A DNA stretch of 64,000 bases, from NCBI RefSeq assembly GCF_032116555.1, contig NZ_CP134949.1, positions 1,798,001-1,862,000 on the forward strand, given 5' to 3'. Source of the DNA: Halorarum halobium. GTDB taxonomy: Archaea > Halobacteriota > Halobacteria > Halobacteriales > Haloferacaceae. Position 1 is the first letter of the stretch. Each line of letters begins with the position of its first letter. A program made the translations under genes and the position numbers. This document shows, piece after piece, positions 16,883-26,958 of the stretch. The notes below the pieces were generated by a model. It saw only the letters and a program-made list of their open reading frames with translations, was not told where the DNA came from and did no database searches.

Positions 16883-17621
16883 ACCGACCACGTTCGACCC
16901 CCGGGGAAATGAACTCCTCGGAGCGGCGCCGCCGGTTCCGCGCGGCGAGTTGCCCCCACTCGGCCAGCCCGGCGCGAACCTGTCCGGAGGAGAACCCGAT
17001 CTCCTCGCCCACGGCGACCAGTTCCCGTGGCGAACGGAGTTCGAGGTGCGAACGCGGCCGGGCGCTCGCGACGAACGGCGCGTCGTACTGGGTCACGAGT
17101 TCCCGGAGTTTGCGGAGGTCCTGAATCGCCCTGACCCTGCTCCCGCCCGACTCGCGCAACGCCGGCCCGAGGTCGAACTCGACGCGCGTCCCGTGCTCCG
17201 CGGCCGCCTTCGCCAGCACGTGGTTGAGGTCGCCGTCGCCGGCCATCGGCCGCGCGAGCACGTCCACGCGGTCCTGCTCGACCGCGAACCGGTTGAGCGC
17301 GTTCGTCCCGCCCCTGACGATCACGAGGGGGTAGTCCGGCCGAAAGTTGCCGACGCTCCCGCTCGCGGACGGCGGGTCGTCCGCGACGATCTCGACGGCC
17401 GGAACGACGTCGATCCCGGTCGCGTCGGCCACGGCCTCCGGGTCGAACTCGGCCGTCCGGGTCCGCACGACGACGCCGCCGAAGCCGTGCTCGCGCGCCG
17501 TGCGGGCGTAGCGCGAGACGGTGGCGTCGCCGTCCGGGCGGGCGAACACGGCCTCGTACGGGGGAGCTTCCGTGGCGGCGTTCCCCGACCCGGCGGCGAC
17601 CCCGGACTGGTCGTCGCTCAC
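16854..17621 (-). CDS. rnp3: RNase P protein component 3 (Rpp30)
   Basis: C-terminal part of ORF 16854..18515: YEAV, GGTNALNRFAVE, VDVLARP, LRSPREL; GTG start overlaps the folCP stop (GTGA). Confidence 0.85.
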   Translation of the reverse strand: MSDDQSGVAAGSGNAATEAPPYEAVFARPDGDATVSRYARTAREHGFGGVVVRTRTAEFDPEAVADATGIDVVPAVEIVADDPPSASGSVGNFRPDYPLVIVRGGTNALNRFAVEQDRVDVLARPMAGDGDLNHVLAKAAAEHGTRVEFDLGPALRESGGSRVRAIQDLRKLRELVTQYDAPFVASARPRSHLELRSPRELVAVGEEIGFSSGQVRAGLAEWGQLAARNRRRRSEEFISPGVERGRYEGDDRGAR

Positions 17622-20236
17622 GGTTCCGAGCCCCCCGACCCACCCGACCCGCCCGAGCGCCCCGACCTGCCCGATCCCCCCGTCTCCGCCGGCTCGGCCG
17701 ATGACGCCCGCCGTTCGAATCCGTCCGGGTCGCTCGCGGCTTCGGCGACGCGGACCGCCCGGACGTTCTCCGCGGCGTCGTGGACGCGGACGATGTCCGC
17801 GCCGTTTGCCGCCGCGAGCGCGGTCCCGGCGACCGTCTCGGAGCCGGCATCGCCAGCCGTCCCGCCGACGAGTTCGAACATCGACTTGTGGGAGTGGCCG
17901 ATCAACACCGGGCAGCCGAGCGCGTGGAGTTCGTCCACGCGCCCGAGGAGTTCGAAGTTCTCCCGCTTCGACTTGCCGAACCCGAGACCGGGGTCGACGA
18001 CGACGTTCTCTCGGGGGATGCCCGCCTTCTCCGCGAGCAGGACGCGCTCGTTCAACTGGTCGATCACGTCCTCGACGACGTCGTCGTACTCGACGGTCGT
18101 GGTCGGATCGACCGGCGCGTCGATGCTGTGCATCACGATGACGGGCACGTCGCGCTCGGCCGCGAGAAAGCGCATTTCGGGGTCCTCGAGGCCGGTGACG
18201 TCGTTGAGCACGTCGGCCCCGGCGTCGAGTGCCGCCTCCGCGACCGCGGCCTTCCGGGTGTCCACCGAGACGAGCGCGTCCGCGCCGGCGACCGCCTCGA
18301 TGACCGGGACGATGCGGTCGATCTCTTTCCCGACCGGGACGGTCTCGGCGCCCGGTCGCGTGCTCTCGCCGCCCACGTCGATGATGTCGACGCCAGCGTC
18401 GACGAGTTCGGTCGCCCGCTCCAGCGCGTCCTCGGCGTCGAAGAACTCGCCGCCGTCGTGGAACGAGTCCGGGGTCACGTTCAACACGCCCATGACCGCG
18501 GTGCCGTGCTCCCACGGGTAGCTCCGGGAGTCGGCCGAGCAGTCGTCCGCGGAACCGGTCGTGTCGTCACCACCGGGACCGGACAGGCCCTCACCACCGG
18601 AATCGATCGCCTCGACTCCCGCCGCCGCCCGGATGTCCCCGGCGACGTCGGGCAGGCCCAGTCCCTGCCCTTCGAGCGATTCGACGAGCGACCGGAACTG
18701 CGCGAGCGTCCCCGTCAGGACGACCTCGTGGAGTTCGCCGGCCCCCTCGATTCCCGACGTCGCGCACGCGCCGCCGACCGCGAGCAGCTCCCGCTGGAGG
18801 GCGTCCGCCTGCCGTGCCGGGACGCGGATCTTGATGACGCGGTGGACCGCCCTCCCGCGCACGTCCTCCGCGTCCGTCGGCGTGACGTTCGCCCCGCGGA
18901 GGGTCGCCTCCGCCGCGGTGACGCCGTCCACCTCCTTGTCGATCCCGACTCTGGTCCACGCCGTTCGCGCCTCGGCGACACAGAACAGCGAGCCGGTGAG
19001 CAGGACGCAGTCTGCCTCGTCCGCCCGCTCGCGCGCCGCCGAGAGCGCGGCGGCGACCGACGACTCCGTCGTGACCGCGGCGTCGGTGCCCCGACGGAAC
19101 ACCTCGGCCAGCACCTCGGGGTCCTCCGCCCGATCCAGGGTCGGCGCGCACGTCCGGACGGTCTCCGTCGCCGGGAGCGCGGCGACCATCTCGTCGTGGT
19201 CCTTGTCGTGCATCGCGCCGAAGACGAGGTGGAGATCGTCGTACTCCAGTTCCCCGAGCGTCTCCGAGAGCGTCGCGCACGCGCCGGGGTTGTGTGCTCC
19301 GTCGAGGACGACGAACGGGTCCGTCCCCATCACCTCGAAGCGGCCCGGCCAGTGGGCGTTCCTGAGTCCGCGGGCCAGCGTCCCGTCGTCGGTGAGCCCG
19401 AGCTGCCGGGCGAGCGTGACCGCGATGCCGGCGTTGGTCGCCTGGTGGGCACCCAGCAACGGAATCCGTCCCTCGACCGTCCAGCCGTCGCCCCCGACCG
19501 AGACGGCGGATTCCTGGTGGGAGACGGCACCCTCGTACGTCGCGGTCACGTCGGCGTCGGCGCCCGAACGGTCGGTCGCGGTCGCGTCCCCGACCGTCAC
19601 CGCGTCGCCAGCGACCGCCCGAATCGTTTCCAGTGCCGTCCCGCTCGCTCCCGTGACGAGCGGCGCGTCCCCGGGCGCGACCGTCGCCTTCTTCTCGGCG
19701 ATCTCCTCGACCGTGTCGCCGAGGACGCTCGTGTGTTCGAGCGCGACGTTCGTGACGCAGGCGGCGACCGGATCGACGACGCTCGTCGCGTCGAGCTCCC
19801 CGCCCATCCCGACCTCCAGGACCGCGACGTCGACGTCGGCGCGGCCGAACCGCCAGATCCCCATCGCGGTGACGACCTCGAAGAACGTCAGCGGCTCGCC
19901 GTCGGCGGCCCTCTCGATCAGCCACGGCTTCGCCTCCTCGACGAACTCGGCGACGGCCGACTCGGGGATCTTCCGGCCGTCGACGCGGATCCGCTCGCGG
20001 AGGTCCTCGAAGTGCGGGGACGTGTAGAGCCCGACCGTCCGGCCGTCCTCGCGGAGGGTGGACGCGAGCATCCGGGCGACGCTGCCCTTCCCGTTCGACC
20101 CCGCGACCTGCACGAACGCCACGCCCTCGTGCGGGTCGCCCAGTTGCGCCAGCAGGTCGCGCACCGACTCGGTGCCCGGCTTGACCTGGAAGCGACGGAG
20201 GTCGAACAGGAAGTTCGCCGCCTCGTAGTACTCCAT
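17618..20236 (-). CDS. folCP: FolC-FolP fusion (folylpolyglutamate synthase / dihydropteroate reductase linker / dihydropteroate synthase)
   Basis: VAGSNGKGS, YTSPH, LEVGMGG, WPGR, DGAHN (FolC); MGVLNVTPDSFHDGG, GGESTRPG, DPGLGFGK, VRVHD (FolP). Confidence 0.93.
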   Translation of the reverse strand: MEYYEAANFLFDLRRFQVKPGTESVRDLLAQLGDPHEGVAFVQVAGSNGKGSVARMLASTLREDGRTVGLYTSPHFEDLRERIRVDGRKIPESAVAEFVEEAKPWLIERAADGEPLTFFEVVTAMGIWRFGRADVDVAVLEVGMGGELDATSVVDPVAACVTNVALEHTSVLGDTVEEIAEKKATVAPGDAPLVTGASGTALETIRAVAGDAVTVGDATATDRSGADADVTATYEGAVSHQESAVSVGGDGWTVEGRIPLLGAHQATNAGIAVTLARQLGLTDDGTLARGLRNAHWPGRFEVMGTDPFVVLDGAHNPGACATLSETLGELEYDDLHLVFGAMHDKDHDEMVAALPATETVRTCAPTLDRAEDPEVLAEVFRRGTDAAVTTESSVAAALSAARERADEADCVLLTGSLFCVAEARTAWTRVGIDKEVDGVTAAEATLRGANVTPTDAEDVRGRAVHRVIKIRVPARQADALQRELLAVGGACATSGIEGAGELHEVVLTGTLAQFRSLVESLEGQGLGLPDVAGDIRAAAGVEAIDSGGEGLSGPGGDDTTGSADDCSADSRSYPWEHGTAVMGVLNVTPDSFHDGGEFFDAEDALERATELVDAGVDIIDVGGESTRPGAETVPVGKEIDRIVPVIEAVAGADALVSVDTRKAAVAEAALDAGADVLNDVTGLEDPEMRFLAAERDVPVIVMHSIDAPVDPTTTVEYDDVVEDVIDQLNERVLLAEKAGIPRENVVVDPGLGFGKSKRENFELLGRVDELHALGCPVLIGHSHKSMFELVGGTAGDAGSETVAGTALAAANGADIVRVHDAAENVRAVRVAEAASDPDGFERRASSAEPAETGGSGRSGRSGGSGGSGGSEP

Positions 20237-20267
20237 ACTCCGTGGGACCCGCGGGGGCCGCTTTAGG

Positions 20268-21419
20268 CTAACGGGTGAGCGTGAACTCGAAGCGCGATCC
20301 GCCAGCGTCGCTTTCGGTCACCGTCACCGACCAGCCGTGTGCGTCGGCCACGTCGCGGACGATCGCGAGCCCGAACCCCGTCCCCTCCTCCGTCGTCGTG
20401 TAGCCGCGCTCGAAGATTTCCTCGCGCTCGTCGGGACGGATCCCGGGACCGTCGTCACAGACGGCGAACCCGCCACCGTCGAGCGGTTCGACGCGGATCG
20501 AGACGGCCGGACCGCAGTGGTCGACGGCGTTCCGGAAGCAGTTCTCGAGCAGCGTGCGGAGCCGTTCGCGGTCGGCCTCGACCACCGCGTCGCCCGCCAC
20601 AGTGAAACTCGCGTCGGGCGCGTCGACCGACGACCACGCGCTCGCGCTGATCTCCGAGAGCCCGATCGGTTCGGTCTCCTCGACGACGCGCCCCTCCCGT
20701 GCCAGCGTGAGCACCGAGTCGATGAGCCCGTCCATCCGGTCCAGCGCGTCGCTCGCGGCGTCGAGCCGGTCCAGGTCACCCGTCTCCCGAGCCAGGTCGA
20801 CGTTCCCGGCGGCGACGTTCAGCGGGTTCCGGAGGTCGTGGCTGACGATCGAGGCGAACCCGTCGAGCCGTTCGTTCTGTCGTTCCAGTCTGGCGGTCCG
20901 GGCGGCCAGCGTCGCCCGTCGCTCCGCCCGGTTCATCGCCGCCTCGACGTTCGCGGCCAGCACGCGGGCGAGTTCCACGTCCGCGGGGTCGATGTCGGCG
21001 GTCCGGACCGACCCGAGCGTGAGCACCCCGTGCTCGGCCAGCGGCGCGACGAGCATGCTCCCCTCGCCGGTCCTGGGCACGTCGTCGTCGATCTCGGTGA
21101 TGTCCTGGAACGTGAGCAGTTCGTCGCCGTCGAACGCGTCCCACTGGACTGTCTCGCCGCGCTCGTACGCGCGACGGTCGCCGGCGAGTTCCTCGACGGC
21201 CGGCGACACCGCGGTCGGCAGGAGTCGTTCGGGCGACTCCTCGTGGAGCCGGACGGTGTTGAGCGAGAAGCCGAGCACGTCCGTCGCGGCCGTGGCCGCG
21301 ATTCCTGCGACCTCCTCGCTCGACTCCGCGAGCATCATCTCGCGCGTCGCGGCGTGGAGGTTTGCGAGCTTCTCGGCGGTTCCCCGTTCCGTCCCCTCAC
21401 CCCGGCCATCCACTGTCAT
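20268..21419 (-). CDS. GAF-domain sensor histidine kinase, soluble
   Basis: SHDLRNPL H-box, ENCFRNA N-box, DDGPGI, GTGFGL. Confidence 0.9.
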   Translation of the reverse strand: MTVDGRGEGTERGTAEKLANLHAATREMMLAESSEEVAGIAATAATDVLGFSLNTVRLHEESPERLLPTAVSPAVEELAGDRRAYERGETVQWDAFDGDELLTFQDITEIDDDVPRTGEGSMLVAPLAEHGVLTLGSVRTADIDPADVELARVLAANVEAAMNRAERRATLAARTARLERQNERLDGFASIVSHDLRNPLNVAAGNVDLARETGDLDRLDAASDALDRMDGLIDSVLTLAREGRVVEETEPIGLSEISASAWSSVDAPDASFTVAGDAVVEADRERLRTLLENCFRNAVDHCGPAVSIRVEPLDGGGFAVCDDGPGIRPDEREEIFERGYTTTEEGTGFGLAIVRDVADAHGWSVTVTESDAGGSRFEFTLTR

Positions 21420-21759
21420 GTCGTCGGTGCCGCGTTCGTCGTGAACTGTGAGGGAGTCTGATAAGTAACGTCGCATCCGTTCCGCGTGTTTTCCGATGAA
21501 TAAAACGTATGAGTACTGTTTGCAGGGGAGAACCGAGCAGTTTTCGAAACGGTTCGATTCGTGGCGGACGCGTTCAGTCGTCCCCGGACGACTGCGACCC
21601 GAGGGACGCCACCCAACTGTCGTCCACGTCGTCGTCTCGTCGTTTCCCGCACTCCATGACCAGCGGGGCAGTCAGGGCTACCTTGTCAGTCGTGGGGGAC
21701 GACACAGACTGGCTGCTGGGGGTTGCCGACTTCGGCTCATCGAACGGAGTTCGTTCCCA

Positions 21760-22149
21760 TCAGCTCTCGTCCCGATACCCCGCCTCCAGGGTGTACTCGG
21801 TCCCGGCGTGGGTCCGACTCGTGATCGTTGAGTCGGCATCGGTTCCGTGTGTCGTAATGGAATAAAAGAGGATCCCGAGACCGACGGCCATGAGGAGCGT
21901 CTCGCCGGACTGCAACAACAGGAGTTCGTCCCGGGTGAGCACGTAATCGCCGCGCGCCGAGAGTTGGTAGACCGGCTCCACCAGCCCCCCGAAGACGACG
22001 AACCCGAACCCGATCGTCGAGAGCCGGTAGGACCGCCGCCCACGGTTCCGGCGGTACGCGAGATAGCTGAGCAGCGCCAGGGTGCTGCCGACGAGGAACA
22101 GCCCGACGTTGGCGAGGATGAACGCCCACAGTTCGGGGGACCTAACCAT
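21760..22149 (-). CDS. Small 3-TM membrane protein (DUF7521-like)
   Basis: LALLSYLAYRR, LSTIGFGFVVFG, LMAVGLGILFYSI; start overlaps upstream HTH gene. Confidence 0.7.
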   Translation of the reverse strand: MVRSPELWAFILANVGLFLVGSTLALLSYLAYRRNRGRRSYRLSTIGFGFVVFGGLVEPVYQLSARGDYVLTRDELLLLQSGETLLMAVGLGILFYSITTHGTDADSTITSRTHAGTEYTLEAGYRDES

Positions 22150-22576
22150 GGTGAGGGTTCCCCCAGGTATCGGTGCCGTCGGTCCGGTCGGCCCGGTCAC
22201 CGGCCTCGCGTGTCACTCGATCGACCGACGCCTCCATTCCGTCCATGAACCCCTCGAACCCGTCGGCCAGGTCGCCGGCGACCGAGACGGTGACCGCGAG
22301 CTTTCCGTCCTCGATCCCGAACGTGATCCCGTCGACGGCGGCCTCGAACACGCGGTAGTGGTGCCCGTCCCGGTCGGTCCGGACGGCCTCGTGGACGAGG
22401 TCGTAGCGTCCGAGCCGTTTCACGCGCCGATAGACGGTCGTCCGGGAGACGGCGAACCGGTCGGACAGCTCCTCGGCCGACAGCGGCGTCTCGCTGGTCG
22501 AAAGCAGGATCCCCCGGGTGAGTTCGTCGCCGAACAGCCCGAGCAGTTCGTCGACGGACCGCTCGTCGTCGCTCAT
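22142..22576 (-). CDS. ArsR-like winged-helix regulator
   Basis: LFGDELTRGIL, SAEELSDRFAVSRTTVYRRV, DGHHYRVF. Confidence 0.85.
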   Translation of the reverse strand: MSDDERSVDELLGLFGDELTRGILLSTSETPLSAEELSDRFAVSRTTVYRRVKRLGRYDLVHEAVRTDRDGHHYRVFEAAVDGITFGIEDGKLAVTVSVAGDLADGFEGFMDGMEASVDRVTREAGDRADRTDGTDTWGNPHHG

Positions 22577-22730
22577 GGCACCCGTCCCCCGTCTCGACCG
22601 TCGGCCGGTCGCGTGGGTCGGGTCCGAGCGTGGGCTGGTCGGGCGCGCCGTCCGCGACCCGTTTGCCCGCCGAGGTCGGTCCCCCGTCCGTCTCCGGGTC
22701 GCCGGCACGAGCCGGAGCGATGACGCCCCA

Positions 22731-23057
22731 TCACTGGGTTCGGTCGACGAGCCCCTGCGACTCGATGAGCTCCCAGACCTTGCTCCCCTGATCGATGATC
22801 CCGTAGACCCGCCCCTTCGCGCGCTCCTCGGAGACGTGCAGCGTGACCAGCCGTCGTTCCCGAAGCCCCTTGAGGGCCCGTGAAACGTGGGTCACGGCGA
22901 TGTCCGCGTTGTCCGCGATCTGTGACGGCGTCGCGGGTCCGTCCGCGAGCCGCCCGAGCACGCTCGTCCGGTAGTCGGAACTGATCACGTAGCCGGCCAT
23001 GTCCCACTCGTCCCGCATCGGTGCCCCAAACCCGTCACCGACGTGTTCGTTGGACAT
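22731..23057 (-). CDS. Winged-helix DNA-binding protein
   Basis: YVISSDYR, PATPSQIA, HVSRALKGL, KGRVYGI; TTATGTA box ~25 nt upstream of ATG 23057 (alternative start 23018). Confidence 0.82.
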   Translation of the reverse strand: MSNEHVGDGFGAPMRDEWDMAGYVISSDYRTSVLGRLADGPATPSQIADNADIAVTHVSRALKGLRERRLVTLHVSEERAKGRVYGIIDQGSKVWELIESQGLVDRTQ

Positions 23058-23099
23058 TCAACTCGCCACAGTACGGGCCGGTACATAATCCATACGCCA

Positions 23100-23120
23100 C
23101 GTCCTCAGCAGCTGAGGACG
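23100..23120. promoter_or_regulatory. Perfect inverted repeat CGTCCTCAGC-A-GCTGAGGACG (operator or hairpin)
   Basis: 10-bp arms, 1-nt spacer, just upstream of the wHTH gene TATA-like box and downstream of purNH. Confidence 0.5.
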
Positions 23121-23193
23121 GCGATTTTGTGGGTTTGGGAACCAGTCGTGATCCGGTACGATCGGTGTGGTGCGTCGAACGGCGGGTCGCGGG

Positions 23194-24792
23194 TCAGTCG
23201 TGCCGGAACGACCGCGATCCGGTGAACGCCATCGCCATGCCGTGCGCGTCCGCCGCCTCGATGACGTCGTCGTCGTTGACCGAGCCGCCGGGCTGGATTA
23301 CCGCCTCGATGCCCGCCTCGGCCGCCTCCTCGATGGCGTCCGGGAACGGGAAGAACGCGTCCGAGGCCATCACGGCTCCGTCGGCCGACTTGCCCTCGGC
23401 GTCCGACTCGGCCTTCATCGCGGCGAGCGTGACGGCGTCGACCCTCGACACCTGCCCCATCCCCACGCCGACCGTCTCGGTGCCCTCGGCGAACAGGATG
23501 CCGTTCGACTTGACGTGTTTGAGCACTTTCCACGCGAACAGCATCGTCTCGACCTCCTCGTCGGTCGGCTCCCGCTCGGTGACGAACTCCAGATCCGCCC
23601 CCGTCGGCGACTGGAGGTCGCGTTCCTGAACGAGGCGACCCCCGAGGATCGGTTTCTCGGTCAGGGTCTCGCCCGTCCGGCCGGGCGCACCGAGGTCGCC
23701 GACGTCGAGCACGCGGAGGTTCTCCGTCCCGGTCAACACGTCGAGCGCGTCGGACTCGTAGCCCGGCGCGACGACGACCTCCTTGAACGAGTCGACGATC
23801 AGTTCCGCGGTCGCGGCGTCGCACTCGCGGTTGAGCGCGACGATGCCGCCGAACGCGGACTTCGCGTCCGTCGAGAGCGCGTCGGCGTACGCCTCGGCGA
23901 GCGTGTCCGCGGTCGCACAGCCGGCGGGGTTGGTATGCTTGATGACGGCGGCGGCCGGCTCGTCGAACTCCGTCACGAGGTTCAGCGCGCCGTCGGCGTC
24001 GTTGTAGTTGTTGTACGAGAGCGCCTTCGCTCCCTCGTTCAGCTGGTCGGCCGCGACGACGTTCGCCTCCTCGCAGGTCGTGTCGGCGTACAGCGCGGCG
24101 TCCTGGTGGGGGTTCTCGCCGTAGCGGAGTTCGCGGACGCGGTCGTCGCTGACGAGCCGACGGGACGGGAACCCGCCGTCGTCGCCCGCGTCGTCGCCGT
24201 CGACGGTGACCGTGCCGGCGTCCGGGTCCACCTCGACGCGCCCCTCCGCGAACCACTTCACCGCCCGCGGGTAGGCGGCGTACTCCGCCTCGGTCAGCAC
24301 ACGCTCCTTCAGGTCGGCGGCGTCGTCGCTCTCGAACACGGCCACCGGCTCCTGCGTGACGATCGGGCCGCCGTCCACCTCCTCGGTGACGACGTGGACC
24401 GTACAGCCCGTGGTCCGGACACCCGCCTCGAGCACCTGCTCGTGTGCGTCGGTGCCCGGGAACGCGGGAAGCAGCGACGGGTGGACGTTCAGCGTCGTCG
24501 GCGCGGACCGGAGGAACTCGGCGGTCAGCACGCGCATGTAGCCGTCGAGACAGACGAGGTCGAACTCGTGTTCGGCCAGCGCGTCGAGCACCCGACGCTC
24601 GTGGGACTCGCGGGCCTCGTCCGGGTCGCGTTCGACGACTTCGGTGGCGATCCCGCGCTCGGCAGCCGCGTCGAGCACCGGCGCGTCGGCGTCGTTCGTG
24701 AGTACGACCGAGAGGGTCGCCCCGCCGGGCGCCAGGTCCGCGATCCGTCGAAGGTTTCGTCCGCGGTTGCTCGCCATGCCGGCAATCTTCAT
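23194..24792 (-). CDS. purH: PurN-PurH fusion (GAR formyltransferase + AICAR formyltransferase domain)
   Basis: MASNRGRNL, LNVHPSLLP, GCTVH, DGGPI (PurN); LRYGENPHQ, SYNN, IKHTNPAG, KSNG, ASDAFFPF, IQPGGS (PurH). Confidence 0.94.
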   Translation of the reverse strand: MKIAGMASNRGRNLRRIADLAPGGATLSVVLTNDADAPVLDAAAERGIATEVVERDPDEARESHERRVLDALAEHEFDLVCLDGYMRVLTAEFLRSAPTTLNVHPSLLPAFPGTDAHEQVLEAGVRTTGCTVHVVTEEVDGGPIVTQEPVAVFESDDAADLKERVLTEAEYAAYPRAVKWFAEGRVEVDPDAGTVTVDGDDAGDDGGFPSRRLVSDDRVRELRYGENPHQDAALYADTTCEEANVVAADQLNEGAKALSYNNYNDADGALNLVTEFDEPAAAVIKHTNPAGCATADTLAEAYADALSTDAKSAFGGIVALNRECDAATAELIVDSFKEVVVAPGYESDALDVLTGTENLRVLDVGDLGAPGRTGETLTEKPILGGRLVQERDLQSPTGADLEFVTEREPTDEEVETMLFAWKVLKHVKSNGILFAEGTETVGVGMGQVSRVDAVTLAAMKAESDAEGKSADGAVMASDAFFPFPDAIEEAAEAGIEAVIQPGGSVNDDDVIEAADAHGMAMAFTGSRSFRHD

Positions 24793-24960
24793 GTGGGAAC
24801 GGTCAGGCGCGGGGAGAAAAACGGTTGCGGTCCAGATCGGGTAAGTATACAGTCCCATGCACAATACGTCGGCTAATTCGGACTCCGAAGCCTGTACATA
24901 TGCACAGTCGTGGTTCCAGGGACCGGAACGCCTTTGCCCGCGGCGACGGCACGGAGGCGT

Positions 24961-26367
24961 ATGGACATCCCCCGCGAGGACCCGCTGGCGGCCGTCTCAC
25001 CGCTGGACGGTCGGTACGCCGGCCGGACCGCTCCGCTCGTGCCGTACGCGAGCGAGGCCGGACTGATCCGGGCCCGCGTTCGCGTCGAAGTCGAGTACCT
25101 GCTCGCGCTCGCCGCGGAGCCGGCGGTCGGCGTGTCGCTCTCGGCGGCCGAACGCGACGCGCTCCGCTCGGTCGTGGGCGAGTTCGACGCCGAGGACGCC
25201 AGGCTCGTCAAGCGGCTCGAGACGGATGGCGCCGAGGGCTACGCCGCGACGAACCACGACGTGAAAGCCGTCGAGTACTTCCTGCGGACCGAGACGCCAG
25301 AGCGCGTCCACCCGTGGATCCACTTCGGGCTGACCAGCGAGGACGTGAACAACCTCGCCCACCGGCTGCTCGTGGAGCCGGCCGTCGAGGACGTGCTCGT
25401 GCCGGCCCTGCGCGACGTCCGGGACGATCTGACGGCCATGGCACGGGAGCACCGCGACCTACCGATGCTCGCGCGGACGCACGGCCAGCCGGCCACGCCG
25501 ACGACGTTCGGGAAGGAGTTGGCCGTCTACGCCGCGCGTCTCGGGAAGTCGCTCGGACGGATCGCCGATGCAAGGGAGGGGCTGTCTGGCAAACTCGCCG
25601 GCGCGTCGGGGACGTACGCCGCACACCGGGCCGCCTACCCCGACGTCGACTGGCGGACGTTCTCCCGCGAGTTCGTCACGTCGCTCGGCCTCGACCACGC
25701 CCCGCTGGCGACGCAGGTGAACCCCTGCGACGACCTCGCGGCGCTGTTCGACGCGCTCCGTGGCGCGAACGACGTCCTGCTCGATCTCGACCGCGACATG
25801 TGGCTCTACGTGTCGGACCGCTACCTCGGCCAGGAGGCCGCCGCCGGGGAGACGGGCTCGTCGACGATGCCCCATAAGGTGAACCCCATCGACTTCGAGA
25901 ACTCGGAGGGGAACCTCTCGAAGGCGAACTCTGACCTCACGTTCCTGGCGGACTACGTCACCACCTCGCGGCTCCAGCGGGACCTCTCGGACTCGACGGT
26001 GAAACGCAACGTCGGCGCGGCGTTCGCTCACTGCCTGATCGGCTACACGAAGACGAAGGCCGGGCTGGAGAAGGTCACGCCGAACGAGCAGGTCATGCGG
26101 GAGGACCTGGAGGCAAACCCCGAGGTGATCGGCGAGGCGGTCCAGACCATCCTGCGACGGGAGGGCGACACCGGCGCCTACGAGCGCGTCAAGGAGCTCA
26201 CGCGCGGCAGCCGAACGACCCTCGAGGCGTTCCACGGGCTCTTCGATGATCTCGACGTGGACGAGTCGACCCGCGAGGAACTAGGCGCGCTCGCGCCCAC
26301 GATCTACGTCGGCTACGGCGGCGACCTCGTCGACGAACTGGACGGCCGACTCGACGACGATAGCTGA
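24961..26367 (+). CDS. purB: Adenylosuccinate lyase
   Basis: SPLDGRY, HFGLTSED, ARTHGQPA, GSSTMPHKVNPIDFENSEGN. Confidence 0.96.
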   Translation: MDIPREDPLAAVSPLDGRYAGRTAPLVPYASEAGLIRARVRVEVEYLLALAAEPAVGVSLSAAERDALRSVVGEFDAEDARLVKRLETDGAEGYAATNHDVKAVEYFLRTETPERVHPWIHFGLTSEDVNNLAHRLLVEPAVEDVLVPALRDVRDDLTAMAREHRDLPMLARTHGQPATPTTFGKELAVYAARLGKSLGRIADAREGLSGKLAGASGTYAAHRAAYPDVDWRTFSREFVTSLGLDHAPLATQVNPCDDLAALFDALRGANDVLLDLDRDMWLYVSDRYLGQEAAAGETGSSTMPHKVNPIDFENSEGNLSKANSDLTFLADYVTTSRLQRDLSDSTVKRNVGAAFAHCLIGYTKTKAGLEKVTPNEQVMREDLEANPEVIGEAVQTILRREGDTGAYERVKELTRGSRTTLEAFHGLFDDLDVDESTREELGALAPTIYVGYGGDLVDELDGRLDDDS

Positions 26368-26463
26368 CCGGCCGACCGCGACGATTTCTGGCGTCTCGTC
26401 GGGCAACGTCTGCCGACCAGCGGCGAGCGACGGCGACCGAGAAATTGCCGACTGACCCCCCCT

Positions 26464-26526
26464 CCCGACCGGCAACGGGCGGGACTGGAAGGGGCCGCGG
26501 AGGCTTCCGAGGTGTTGCCGGTCGGG
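26464..26526. repeat. Intergenic stem-loop element, copy 1 (13-bp inverted repeat around GGGACTGGAAGGGGCCG)
   Basis: CCCGACCGGCAAC ... GTTGCCGGTCGGG; similar to 38861-38920. Confidence 0.6.
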
Positions 26527-26578
26527 GCGTGCGAGCTATGGAGCGGAAAGGGACGAAACGAAAACCGGAGACTTCCGG

Positions 26579-26932
26579 TCAGTACTCCTCGTACGCGAGG
26601 TTCATCAGCCACTGCGTGAACGCGTCGCCGTTCGGGTCGATCTCCTCCTCGCCGATGAACGGCGAGAGCAGGTCGCCGGCCATGAGCAGCGAGAAGTCGA
26701 GGTCGGCGGCCGTGGGCTCCAGATAGTAGGTGTTGTGACCGTCGTAGACGGCGTCCTCGCGCTCGATGAGGTCGAGCTCAGAGAGCTTCTCCGCGATCCG
26801 GCTCCCCTTGCGCGAGGAGACGTCGAGTTCCTTCCAGAAGTCGCTCTGGTGGATCCCGCCCGACTCGCGGACGAGCTGGAGCCCTGCGTACTCGTCATCC
26901 GAGAGGTCAGCTTCGGCGTCGGCGACGCTCAT
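26579..26932 (-). CDS. Winged-helix (MarR-like) protein
   Basis: GGIHQSDFWKELDVSSRKGSRI, GHNTYYL. Confidence 0.82.
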   Translation of the reverse strand: MSVADAEADLSDDEYAGLQLVRESGGIHQSDFWKELDVSSRKGSRIAEKLSELDLIEREDAVYDGHNTYYLEPTAADLDFSLLMAGDLLSPFIGEEEIDPNGDAFTQWLMNLAYEEY

Positions 26933-26958
26933 ACCCAGTCTCAGGGTGCGGCCCCCGT

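Noticed and set aside
17618..24792. FolC-FolP and PurN-PurH fusions as novelties
   Set aside because: Both fusions are already known in haloarchaea.
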